Notes: a model not told the origin generated them from the sequence alone. 64,000 nt of DNA from Acidithiobacillus sp. (GCF_023229925.1 NZ_JALNYM010000004.1:79998-143997), one strand, 5' to 3'. Numbered from the stretch's first letter, positions 19,597-29,132 are shown. Program-made: numbers and translations.

Positions 19597-20400
19597 TCAG
19601 AATATCCCCTGTCGGCGCGAACGCAGCCCCAGCCACAAAGGTAAGGGCACCGCGACGAGAAAGAATACCCAGAGCAGGGGGTAAACCGCACTCAGCCCGA
19701 TATCCTGCAGGTTAACCCAAAGTTTGACCGGAATACCCTGCGGGAAATACGCCACGATGAGCACAATGCCGAACTCCCCCATGGCGCGCACCCAGGCCAG
19801 CGCCACTCCGGCAGTCAGCCCCAGGCGCGCCAGAGGCAGTGTCACCCGCCAGAAGGTCTGCCAGCGGTTGCGTCCCAGGGTGCGACTAATCTGCTCCAAC
19901 TCTTCAGGCACGCCCTCGAAGGCCGCTCGCGCTGCCAGCACATAGTAGGGCATGGCCCCGTAGATCTGTGCCAGCACAAAGGCTGGTGCGGTATTCGTCA
20001 GATAGAACCCCGCCTGACCGAACAAGCCGCCCACCGGTGAATAGGGTCCGTAGAGAGCGCTCAGCAAAATACCCATGGCCAGGGGCGGCGTCAGCAGCGG
20101 TAGCAACAGCAGCGCGTCCACCAGCCATTTGCCGCGGTAATGATAATGCGCCAGCCACCAGGCGAGTGGCGTGCCCGCCAGCACCACCAGCATGAGCGCC
20201 AGACCGCTATAACACAGAGAAACCCGAATGGCGCCGAGATCACCTGGAGCGAACTGGAAATCATGCCAGTCTGTCGCAAAGACCAGTGCCGCAAAGGGCG
20301 CTATCAGAAATACCAGCACAGCGGCCGCCATGAGCGTCGCCAGCCCGCGTGCGGGTGGCTGGCGTGGCGCGACAATCGCCAAGGTCGCCGCGTCACTCAA
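19597..20400 (-). CDS. Molybdate/tungstate ABC transporter permease (ModB-like)
   Basis: LPLLTPPLAMG, EAA-like loop FEGVPEELEQISRTLG, WVRAMGEFG. Confidence 0.85.
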   Translation of the reverse strand: MSDAATLAIVAPRQPPARGLATLMAAAVLVFLIAPFAALVFATDWHDFQFAPGDLGAIRVSLCYSGLALMLVVLAGTPLAWWLAHYHYRGKWLVDALLLLPLLTPPLAMGILLSALYGPYSPVGGLFGQAGFYLTNTAPAFVLAQIYGAMPYYVLAARAAFEGVPEELEQISRTLGRNRWQTFWRVTLPLARLGLTAGVALAWVRAMGEFGIVLIVAYFPQGIPVKLWVNLQDIGLSAVYPLLWVFFLVAVPLPLWLGLRSRRQGIF

Positions 20401-20688
20401 ATGGCGTTTCCATCTGGTCTACCCTAGGCGAGTTAACAAATACCCGGACCAGACACCACGCCATAAACAGCACGTTCCGCAGCATGGTCGCATCGTTATT
20501 CTCCATTGGATATCCCCAGAACCGATTTATATCGGTGACTACGACAAGGGTCAAGCGGCCCAGGGGGCCATGCAGGCATGATATCCTTCGGGACATTTTT
20601 ATGCTAAACTTTCAATCTAGACAGCGAGGGCAGGAGCGTTGGCTTGAGGCTTCTGAACGAGCCATAGATAGTATAGAGCGTACAGATC

Positions 20689-21036
20689 ATGCATTGGACC
20701 ATTCTTATCAAATCCCATCCGGACGCTGGCGGCAATTCCGTTCTCCAAGGCCTGCGTATGGCGGCGGCCGCCCTCGCCGATGACATTGATGTCAGTATAT
20801 TTCTTGCCGAAGAAGCCGCATCACTAGCGTTACACTCGGAAAATCTGGGAGGGAGGCAGCGTGTCCACCACGACCTCATCGCAGAGGTTCAAGAGTTGGG
20901 TGCCGAAATTCATGTGATTGGTCTCGAGTGGCTGCATCTAGCCAAAAATCGGACCTTGATTCCCGGTATTAAAGTAGCGAGCATGAAAACCCTGGTTCGC
21001 CAGATGAAGCGTTCTGATCAGGTCGTCACGCTTTAA
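20689..21036 (+). CDS. DsrE/DsrF-like family protein (contains no cysteine)
   Basis: ALRMAAAAL...VSIFLAEEAASLA...ASMKTLVRQMKRSDQVVTL matches the DsrE-fold pattern. Confidence 0.7.
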   Translation: MHWTILIKSHPDAGGNSVLQGLRMAAAALADDIDVSIFLAEEAASLALHSENLGGRQRVHHDLIAEVQELGAEIHVIGLEWLHLAKNRTLIPGIKVASMKTLVRQMKRSDQVVTL

Positions 21037-21039
21037 AAT

Positions 21040-21879
21040 ATGACCGCCATCTACGCCATGGGCGACCTGCAAGGTTGCTATGCGCCCTTTAGTTCTCTAT
21101 TGGAGCAAATTGGTTTCGCGCCGCAAACAGATCGGCTTTGGCTGGCGGGCGACCTCGTTAACCGGGGGCCGGACAGTCACGCTGTCATTAACCGGCTTTA
21201 CACCTGGCGCGACCGAGTGCAGATCGTCCTCGGCAATCATGATCTGTACGCGCTCGCCCGCTGGGCGGGCGTCATCCCTGCAAAAAAAAATGACACGCTC
21301 GCCCCTTTGTTAGTCGATCCCCGGGCAGACGAATGGATGGACTGGTTGCGCAGTAGCCCGTTGCTGCATACGGATTCGCAACTGGGCTGGAGCATGGTCC
21401 ACGCTGCCATCCATCCTGACTGGGATATGGCAACAGCGCGCGGACATGCTGATGCCGTCGAGGATGCGCTGCACGATCGTCGCTGGCGACGTTTTATGAA
21501 ATCCCTCTGGGTAGCCCCGGCACCCAACCGCTGGCAAGATTGCCGCAACGAAGAGGACGCGCAGCGCTTCCGGGTTGCGGTGTTCACCCGCGCCCGCTAT
21601 GTGACCGCCAAGGGCGTTTTTAGCTGGTCTAACACGCCGCCCAAGGACACTGCCCACGAGTTTGCACCCTGGCACCAGCGGTTTTTTGAAAGGCAGACCT
21701 CTGGCGCCATCATCTGCGGCCACTGGGCCACCCAGGGTTTGCTGGTGCAACCGCGTATGCTCGCACTGGACAGCGGCTGTGTCTGGGGCCGCCAACTCAG
21801 TGCCGCGCGCCTTGATGGTGCAGAACCCGTGATTTATCAGATATCCTGCCCGATGTTTGCGCAACCGAGTAACGGCTAA
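21040..21879 (+). CDS. apaH: Symmetrical bis(5'-nucleosyl)-tetraphosphatase
   Basis: GDLQGC, GDLVNRGPDS, VLGNHD, GHWATQG and LDSGCVWG motifs. Confidence 0.93.
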   Translation: MTAIYAMGDLQGCYAPFSSLLEQIGFAPQTDRLWLAGDLVNRGPDSHAVINRLYTWRDRVQIVLGNHDLYALARWAGVIPAKKNDTLAPLLVDPRADEWMDWLRSSPLLHTDSQLGWSMVHAAIHPDWDMATARGHADAVEDALHDRRWRRFMKSLWVAPAPNRWQDCRNEEDAQRFRVAVFTRARYVTAKGVFSWSNTPPKDTAHEFAPWHQRFFERQTSGAIICGHWATQGLLVQPRMLALDSGCVWGRQLSAARLDGAEPVIYQISCPMFAQPSNG

Positions 21880-21994
21880 AAAAGCAGCATACATCGACCA
21901 CGCAGGGTCAGAATTTTCACCTATACTGTGGGCACTCCCTACTTCCCTACTGCGCAGCCTGTGAATAAAGAAGCCCCTACCAGGAGATTCCACC

Positions 21995-22825
21995 ATGCCA
22001 GATGCCCCCCTCGTTCCCGGCCAACCCAGCTATCGCAGTGCGATTGTCGGTGGCTGGCAACTATTGCGACAGCAGTTCAAGTCCCTCGCCGGAGCCCTCA
22101 TTATTTTTATGATCCTCCTCATGGTCGGATTCATTGCCGGTGACCTTCTCGATGTTGTCAGCCCAGGCCATGCCGATCTGTGGCACCTCCCCATGTATCT
22201 TTGGATGTATGTCGTCAGTATGGGCTACTACCACCTGCTCGCCAAGGTCATTGCCGGGCAGGACTGGGCCATGGGGGACTTGTTGTGGGGGATTGGACGG
22301 GCCCAGGCCTGGGCCCTGTCCCTGCTACCCGCGGCACTTGTCTCGATACTTATGGCATTTTCCGGGCTGTCAGTGACGCCTGGGCATCCCCTGCCACCGG
22401 ACACCCTTACCCGACCTGACTTCTGGATTGGAATGCTGGTGTCTACCCTGATCGGCACTTTTTTCGGATATGTGTTTATGCTCTATGCCGCTTATGGTGC
22501 GACACCCAAATCGGCACTAAAAAGTGCGCTACCTATTTTTGGTAGCCGTCTGATTTGGCTCATTTTTCCCTTCGTAATTACGCTGATCATGGTGCTCGTG
22601 CTGGTAGTCGCCGCTATCCCTGTCGGGCTCTTCCTTGGCCTCATCGGGGTTTTGCTGAAATTGCTGGCGATGCCGCTCGTTGCGAAGTTCGTAGTAGGGG
22701 TAGTATTTTCAGTCATTCTCGTTGTACTGATAATGGCGATGCTGATCTGGGTTTATGGCAGCCTGATCATTGCCAGCGGCGCACTCGCCCAGCCAGAGGA
22801 GCAAGAAGGACGGCTGATCACCTGA
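21995..22825 (+). CDS. Hypothetical integral membrane protein
   Basis: Several hydrophobic segments; AGGAGA ribosome-binding site upstream. Confidence 0.75.
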   Translation: MPDAPLVPGQPSYRSAIVGGWQLLRQQFKSLAGALIIFMILLMVGFIAGDLLDVVSPGHADLWHLPMYLWMYVVSMGYYHLLAKVIAGQDWAMGDLLWGIGRAQAWALSLLPAALVSILMAFSGLSVTPGHPLPPDTLTRPDFWIGMLVSTLIGTFFGYVFMLYAAYGATPKSALKSALPIFGSRLIWLIFPFVITLIMVLVLVVAAIPVGLFLGLIGVLLKLLAMPLVAKFVVGVVFSVILVVLIMAMLIWVYGSLIIASGALAQPEEQEGRLIT

Positions 22826-22863
22826 TTAGGTCCAGACAGCCTTTGCCGTTATCCTGAGTCACC

Positions 22864-24675
22864 ATGCCAATCGCCAGCACACAGCAGCCATTAAAAATAC
22901 TCCGCCACACCTTCGGCTATGATGCGTTCCGGGCGCCGCAGGAAGAGGTGATCCAGACCCTTATGGGGGCCAGAGATGCGCTGGTGCTCATGCCTACGGG
23001 GGGCGGCAAGTCCTTGTGCTATCAGATTCCCGCCATCGCCCTAGCAGGAACAGGGGTGGTGGTTTCGCCGCTGATCGCCCTCATGGAAGATCAGGTCAAC
23101 GCCTTGCGCCAAGCCGGGGTCGCTGCCGCTGCCCTGAACTCCAGCGCCAGTCCCGCGGAAGTGCGCGCCACTGAGGACGCGTTATTGCAAGGCACCATTG
23201 ATCTGCTTTACATCGCCCCGGAACGATTGCTCCAGGAACGTACCATCAACCTGCTGCAACGGGCCACTATCAACCTCTTCGCCATTGACGAAGCCCACTG
23301 CGTATCCCAATGGGGCCACGACTTTCGTCCAGAATACCTGCAACTGCGGGTGCTGCATGAGCGTTTTCCCCAGGTGCCACGCATCGCCCTGACAGCCACT
23401 GCCGACCCGAGAACCCGCGCAGAAATCATCGAACGACTGGCGCTGCAGAAGGCCGCTGTTTTTACCCGATCTTTCGATCGTCCTAATATCCGCTACCACA
23501 TCCATAGCGGCAGCCAGGGCGCCCGCAACGCCTTGCTGCGCTTCATCCACGATCGCCACGCTGGCGAGGCAGGCATCGTTTACTGCCTGTCCCGCAAGCG
23601 CGTGGAAGAAATTGCCGCATGGCTGCAAGGCGAGGGACTCGATGCCTTGCCTTACCATGCCGGCCTGAGCGGCGACGAACGGCGCCGCAATCAGCAGCGC
23701 TTTCAGCGCGATGAAGGAGTGATCATCGTCGCCACCATTGCTTTTGGTATGGGCATCGACAAGCCCAATGTCCGGTTCGTCGGCCATCTGAATCTGCCCA
23801 AGAGCATTGAAGCCTATTATCAGGAAACCGGCCGTGCCGGGCGCGATGGCCTGCTCGCCGAGGCATGGATGCACTATGGCCTGCAGGATGTGGTGCAGCT
23901 ACGGCAGATGATTCAGCAATCGGAAGCCGACCTGCCGCGTAAGCAGATGGAAGGGCAGAAACTGGACGCCATGCTTGCCCTTTGCGAAACCACGGATTGC
24001 CGTCGCCAGACCCTGCTCGGCTACTTTGGCGAAATTCTCGCCCAGCCTTGTGGCCACTGTGACAACTGCCTGCAGCCCCCAGCCACCTGGGATGCCACCG
24101 TCGCTGCCCAAAAGGCCCTCTCTGCCGTCCACCGGACTGGCCAGCGCTTCGGGGTGCAGTATCTGGTCGACGTACTTCTGGCCCGCGAAGAACCGCGCAT
24201 CCAACAATGGGGCCATGAGCAATTGAGCGTCTACGGCATTGGCAAGGAACTCTCCGCCAATGCCTGGCGCGCCCTTTTTCGCCATCTTTTATTGCGTGGG
24301 CTGGTGGAGGTCGATGCTCAAGGGCACGGTGGCCTGCGCCTCAGCCCGAGCAGTCGTCCGCTTCTGCGCGGCGAGGAAAAACTCACCCTACGCCAGCAGG
24401 AAAGCACGACACCGAAGCAGCGCGACAAGCGCCCGGAGATCGCGCTCCAGGACGCTGGCCTCTGGGAAGCCCTGCGCCAGCACCGCCGCGAACTCGCCCT
24501 GGCACAGGGCGTGCCTCCCTACGTGATTTTCCACGACGCCACCCTTATGGAAATGCTGCAACGTCGCCCGCGCGACCTGCGGGCGCTGGCCACCGTCCCC
24601 GGTATCGGCGAACGCAAACTGGAGGCTTACGGGGAGTCGTTCCTGAAGATACTGCATGATGATCCGCGTCCATAA
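22864..24675 (+). CDS. recQ: ATP-dependent DNA helicase RecQ
   Basis: [41 protein letters not shown], Zn-binding cysteines, HRDC domain. Confidence 0.97.
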   Translation: MPIASTQQPLKILRHTFGYDAFRAPQEEVIQTLMGARDALVLMPTGGGKSLCYQIPAIALAGTGVVVSPLIALMEDQVNALRQAGVAAAALNSSASPAEVRATEDALLQGTIDLLYIAPERLLQERTINLLQRATINLFAIDEAHCVSQWGHDFRPEYLQLRVLHERFPQVPRIALTATADPRTRAEIIERLALQKAAVFTRSFDRPNIRYHIHSGSQGARNALLRFIHDRHAGEAGIVYCLSRKRVEEIAAWLQGEGLDALPYHAGLSGDERRRNQQRFQRDEGVIIVATIAFGMGIDKPNVRFVGHLNLPKSIEAYYQETGRAGRDGLLAEAWMHYGLQDVVQLRQMIQQSEADLPRKQMEGQKLDAMLALCETTDCRRQTLLGYFGEILAQPCGHCDNCLQPPATWDATVAAQKALSAVHRTGQRFGVQYLVDVLLAREEPRIQQWGHEQLSVYGIGKELSANAWRALFRHLLLRGLVEVDAQGHGGLRLSPSSRPLLRGEEKLTLRQQESTTPKQRDKRPEIALQDAGLWEALRQHRRELALAQGVPPYVIFHDATLMEMLQRRPRDLRALATVPGIGERKLEAYGESFLKILHDDPRP

Positions 24676-24762
24676 AGCTTTCCTACAAAGTCGGTACGTG
24701 GACGCGGGCTTGCCCTGCTGCCCGGCAGGCGTCATTATAGAGCGGTGATCCAGGATAGCCCT

Positions 24763-25077
24763 ATGAACCCACAAAGCTTTGCCGTCACCGTCGAAAATAC
24801 GCTCAATGATCTGCTCAACCGGATAGAGACCAGTGCTCCAGAAGTGGAAAGCGATCTCGTGGACAACGTGCTTACCTTGCTTTTGCCCGATGACAGTCAG
24901 ATCATCCTCAACCGTCAGGAAGCGGTGCAACAGATTTGGCTGGCCTGCAGCGATGGTCCGGCACGATTTTCACCGCAAGACGGCGCATGGCGGGATAGCC
25001 AGAGTGGGGAATCTCTGGAACATGCCATCGGTCGGCTGCTGAGTCTGCGTCTCGACCATCCCGTGTCACTGGATTGA
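24763..25077 (+). CDS. cyaY: Iron donor protein CyaY (frataxin)
   Basis: VLTLLLPDDSQIILNRQEAVQQIWLA matches the frataxin signature. Confidence 0.88.
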   Translation: MNPQSFAVTVENTLNDLLNRIETSAPEVESDLVDNVLTLLLPDDSQIILNRQEAVQQIWLACSDGPARFSPQDGAWRDSQSGESLEHAIGRLLSLRLDHPVSLD

Positions 25078-25081
25078 CGGC

Positions 25082-25546
25082 GTGGCTTACTGGTTAATGA
25101 AGACCGAGCCGGACGCCTTCTCATTGCAGGACTTGCAGCAGCGCGGACAGGAACCCTGGGACGGTATCCGTAATTATCAGGCCCGCAACTTCCTGCGCAG
25201 CATGCAGATAGGCGACGGAGTCTTCATTTATCACTCGCGCGTACCCGTCCCCGGCATCGTCGGGACCGCCGAAGTAGCCAGCACCGCGCATCCAGACCCC
25301 ACCCAGTTCGACCCGCAGAGCAAATATTACGACCCTGCATCGCGTCTTGATCAACCCCGCTGGGACCTGGTCGATGTGGCTTATCGTCAGACTTTTGCGC
25401 ACAATATTGCCTTGGATAGCCTGCGCGCCATGCCAGAATTTTCTGACAGCCTGCTGGTTCGCAAAGGGAATCGCCTGTCCATCCTACCCATTACCGCAGG
25501 CCAGTGGAATCACATCCTGCATTGGGTCGGATCAACTGACGCATGA
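25082..25546 (+). CDS. EVE domain protein
   Basis: YWLMKTEPDAFS and WDGIRNYQARNFLRSMQIGD motifs. Confidence 0.93.
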   Translation: MAYWLMKTEPDAFSLQDLQQRGQEPWDGIRNYQARNFLRSMQIGDGVFIYHSRVPVPGIVGTAEVASTAHPDPTQFDPQSKYYDPASRLDQPRWDLVDVAYRQTFAHNIALDSLRAMPEFSDSLLVRKGNRLSILPITAGQWNHILHWVGSTDA

Positions 25547-25669
25547 CTGAAAATACGACCTAGCCGGCGCTCCGCCACCACGGCTCCTCGGCATCAAAGG
25601 CCAGCACTGAAACGATCATCCCTGCACCCTGCGCGATTATTAGGCGCCTGCGCTCGTCCTGCCAGACCA

Positions 25670-25811
25670 ATCCTGCTGCGACGACTGCGCGAACACCGCG
25701 AAGAGGTGCTTCGACTTCTTTCGGACCCGGACGTGCTATTCACCAATAACTTGCGGAACAAGCTGTGCGGACGCCCAAGGTGGGGTGGCGATACCCCTTG
25801 TGAATAGTTAC
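25670..25811 (+). mobile_element. IS66-family remnant: frameshifted and internally deleted transposase fragment plus right terminal inverted repeat
   Basis: ILLRRLREHREEVLRLLSDPDVLFTNNL / (1-nt frameshift) AEQAVRTPKV, then directly GGCGATACCCCTTGTGAATAGTTAC, homologous to the end at 12682-12710. Confidence 0.8.
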
Positions 25812-25952
25812 ACTTTGCGAGACACCGACAGGAGTATCGAAAAAATTTCCTCCAAATCTGCACCCAACTTGCCGTGGCGGCCTATTTCTGATCGATTCCG
25901 AGGCTTCCTGGCCAGCGCATCTGAACGATTTCTGTCCCAGCCCGGACAGCGT

Positions 25953-27422
25953 ATGCTGCGGTGGAGTAACGCTTTTTTTGTGGCGTTGGCCGCAACGTTT
26001 GTCGGGCTTGCCTTTTGGCAAGCCGCCGTGCTGGTGCAGGTCATACAGGCGGGCTTTTCCACCCATCCCAACATTGTTCTGCTCACCAATCCACAAGGGC
26101 AGGTGATTTCCTCCTTGAAAGATGGTCATTGGGCATCGCCGGGGTCCCATTTGTCTGTGGGCGTCGGCATGCTAGGCATACCCGTTCCCGGATATCTCGG
26201 GACTCTGCATATGCAATGGACCTCATCGTCGGTACGCCAGGCATTCTGGCGGGCGGAACGGGGAAGGCTGCCCATTTTATTGTTCGTCTTGTTGTTGATT
26301 GGCGGGGTCGGCTGGTTTACCCAAAATCTGCTTCGCCAATTGATACGCCTGCGCCAATATCAGGCCGTCACCTTGCTGGTTCAGCGGGATCTCCTGAGCC
26401 AGGATAACCTTCAGGCCATGTACCAACGGTTGGTGGATAATGTGGTAGTGCAGACGGAGGCAATTGGGGCCTACGTCATTACCAGAGCATTGGAAGGCGC
26501 GTTTTTGACCATACAGGCGATGGCAGATACGGACGACGATCCGTTGTCCGATAGAGTCGTACCTTTACGATATCCAGTGCAAGGAATATGCCCCACTATA
26601 GTGGCTGGTGAGGTGTTCCGTACGGGGCTTCAGCAAGGCCCGCTGAATCCAAGTTCATCGGCCCTGACGCAAGATGTCAACGATGACCGTAGTGTGTTTG
26701 ACCGGGTCCGCAGTGTTATGGCCATTCCGGTGTTTGTGGGTGGAGGGGAAATCCCATTTGCTGTGCTGGTGATCGAGAGCGAAGAAATTCAGCACTTCAC
26801 GCGGTCACTACAGGAAACATTGAAACAGCTAGCTACCAGCTTGGGGTTGGGGCTGAGCCGATATTATGAACAGCGCGAGTTGGAACAGGCAAAAGCAGAA
26901 ATCGAAAACCTGGCACGCCATGATATGCTGACGCATTTGCCAAACCGCCGGTTTCTGGAAGAACAACTGGAGCAAGCCATGACCCGTGCAGAGCGGCACG
27001 GCAAGCTGCTGGCGGTATGCATGCTGGATCTGGACGGCTTTAAACCGGTGAACGACGCCTATGGCCACGAAGCGGGTGACGAAGTGCTCGTGACCCTGGG
27101 GAAGCGATTGCCGGAGGCATTGCGTAAATCGGACTTTGTGGCTCGCCTGGGAGGTGATGAGTTTGTGCTTCTAGTGGAAGACCTCTCTGGGCCGAATGAT
27201 CTCACCCCGATCCTCGCCAAGGTAGAAGAAGCCATGAATACCCCTATCCCACTGAACAATGGTGAGATCGTCCAGATCAGTGGGAGTATGGGGATCGCCC
27301 TGTATCCCTTCGGGAAAGAAGAAACGGGTGACCAACTGCTGCGCAGCGCCGACCATGCCCTCTATGAGAGCAAGTCCCATAAGGCGGATAGAGCGTATTT
27401 TTGGGTGATCCAGGGAGACTGA
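25953..27422 (+). CDS. Membrane-anchored GAF + GGDEF diguanylate cyclase
   Basis: Two TM segments, GAF-like region, DLDGFKPVNDAYGH, RxxD I-site (RKSD), intact GGDEF; the ORF-track start (25785) lies inside the IS end, so start uncertain. Confidence 0.9.
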   Translation: MLRWSNAFFVALAATFVGLAFWQAAVLVQVIQAGFSTHPNIVLLTNPQGQVISSLKDGHWASPGSHLSVGVGMLGIPVPGYLGTLHMQWTSSSVRQAFWRAERGRLPILLFVLLLIGGVGWFTQNLLRQLIRLRQYQAVTLLVQRDLLSQDNLQAMYQRLVDNVVVQTEAIGAYVITRALEGAFLTIQAMADTDDDPLSDRVVPLRYPVQGICPTIVAGEVFRTGLQQGPLNPSSSALTQDVNDDRSVFDRVRSVMAIPVFVGGGEIPFAVLVIESEEIQHFTRSLQETLKQLATSLGLGLSRYYEQRELEQAKAEIENLARHDMLTHLPNRRFLEEQLEQAMTRAERHGKLLAVCMLDLDGFKPVNDAYGHEAGDEVLVTLGKRLPEALRKSDFVARLGGDEFVLLVEDLSGPNDLTPILAKVEEAMNTPIPLNNGEIVQISGSMGIALYPFGKEETGDQLLRSADHALYESKSHKADRAYFWVIQGD

Positions 27423-27502
27423 AGTTTCACCGAATTTCGCATTATTCCGGCAGAGGATGCTGTGTCAACGCTTGTTTTCGAGCTGCAAACTCAAATATGT
27501 AG

Positions 27503-28915
27503 TCAGCTAGACACGGTGCGATGATCGTGTTGTGCGTCGAACAACGAATGATCGCCGCCAAACATCATAGCTATTCCTACCGTGAGCATAGCTGGCAAAA
27601 GTACGCCATAACTTCCGGTCATTTCGGTGATCATAACGATGGTAGACAAGGGAGCATTCGCCGCTACGGAAAAGACCGCCATCATTCCGACCACCACGAA
27701 CATGGCAATGGGTATATTAAGGTCGGGGGAAACGGTCTTTGCAAGATGCCAAAATAGAGCGCCTGAAAGACCACCGATGACTACCGTCGGACTAAAGGCA
27801 CCGCCGGATGCGCCAGAGCCGGCAATCAGTGACATGGCCAGAATGACGCACACTATACCAAGGGCTAGCTCGGTCAACCCCGGAGAGATTTTGTGGTCCA
27901 TGATCAATTGCAACCATCCATAGCCGTTTCCTATGGCATAAGATGATAACAGGCCAACGCAGCCAGCCAAGACGCCACCTATCATGGCGCGGAGATAGAT
28001 CGGCCGCTTCATCTTCTTGCATAAAGCCGAGATATAATAAAACACCCACAGCAAAAAACGGGCAATCAGACCGGCAAAAACACCAAAAATGGAAAACCAC
28101 AGAAGATATTTCAACTCGAAGTTGTGCACCGGTAGAAGGCCGATATGGAACAAGGGCGAAAATCCCTCCTTGGTGGCCACCACTAGGTAAGCCGCCGCCG
28201 AGGCGGCAAAAGCAGGGATGATCGTTTCGATATCGAAATCGTGCTTGAAAAATATTTCACTGCTGGCGATGGCGCCCGCCAAAGGGGCCTTGAACATGGC
28301 CCCCAGTCCTGCGCCAACCCCTATGGCCAAGGCCTCGCGCACTTCGTGCGGCTTTTGCTTGAGCAGTTTGGCGATAGACACACCGACGCTCCCCCCCACC
28401 ATACTCATCGCACCCTCGCGGCCGGAAGGTCCGCCGGAACCCAGCACCATCGCCGAGGTAAAAAGCGTGGTGAAAGACTCCCCCAGGGTGAGCGATTCCG
28501 GATTTTCATGGTAGGCGCGAATCGCCTTATTGGCGCCCAGGCTGCTGGGGTTTTTAAGAACGAGATGGGATAGTACCCCAGAAATGAACCCAGCCGCTCC
28601 CTCAACGATGGGTATCATGAACGGGTAGCCCGGAGTGGGTGTATAAGACGTCTGAACTCCGCCACCGAAACCGGATGAACGCGGCGGGATGAAATGGGAG
28701 AGGGTCCCCAAGGAGAACTGGGTAAAAAAATCCATTATCTCGATGAACACCAGAGACAACGTCCCGGTAATAAGCCCGATGATAATGGGAGTAATAAAAT
28801 AGCGCGCCTTGTTTTTGCCTTTTGCCGGTGGCGACAGTATATCTCTCCAACTGTGATTGATTATGTTCTCATCAATAGCCCCGGTGGAATTCGCGACTAA
28901 TTTTTCGTTTCCCAT
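27503..28915 (-). CDS. ClC-family chloride channel/antiporter without CBS domains
   Basis: GSGGPSGREGA, GAGLGAMFKAPLAGA and GGAFSPT motifs. Confidence 0.9.
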   Translation of the reverse strand: MGNEKLVANSTGAIDENIINHSWRDILSPPAKGKNKARYFITPIIIGLITGTLSLVFIEIMDFFTQFSLGTLSHFIPPRSSGFGGGVQTSYTPTPGYPFMIPIVEGAAGFISGVLSHLVLKNPSSLGANKAIRAYHENPESLTLGESFTTLFTSAMVLGSGGPSGREGAMSMVGGSVGVSIAKLLKQKPHEVREALAIGVGAGLGAMFKAPLAGAIASSEIFFKHDFDIETIIPAFAASAAAYLVVATKEGFSPLFHIGLLPVHNFELKYLLWFSIFGVFAGLIARFLLWVFYYISALCKKMKRPIYLRAMIGGVLAGCVGLLSSYAIGNGYGWLQLIMDHKISPGLTELALGIVCVILAMSLIAGSGASGGAFSPTVVIGGLSGALFWHLAKTVSPDLNIPIAMFVVVGMMAVFSVAANAPLSTIVMITEMTGSYGVLLPAMLTVGIAMMFGGDHSLFDAQHDHRTVSS

Positions 28916-29132
28916 TGATTATTCCGTCTGATATTGGTTAATCCATAGCCTGCCCGGTGATCTTTTTGGTTTTACCAAACCGTCTGTCATTAGCCAAGGA
29001 TGACACCCGCTTGCTCGATGACGTTTACCGAGACGGAAAGGTCGGTACAAAGGTGTAGATCAACGGCGGCGCCTTTGAGTGCCCACGTATTCCGGCCGTT
29101 CATATTCCGGGATATGTTGTATATTTATTATC

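Noticed and set aside
12854-25781. A single IS66 split in two by one inversion
   Set aside because: The fragments do join at PKV, but each carries its own right end, so they derive from two copies.
12682-25811. Composite transposon bounded by the two IS66 ends
   Set aside because: The outer flanks (GAAAATGA and ACTTTGCG) are not a target-site duplication, there is no intact transposase, and the cargo is essential housekeeping genes.
28916-29132. Fluoride (crcB) or nhaA-I riboswitch upstream of the ClC gene
   Set aside because: Only GCTAATGAC and CGGGTG fragments match. The GGNGATGG...TTC 5' element and the GGTCGGGCCGCC element are missing, and the ClC lacks CLC-F motifs.
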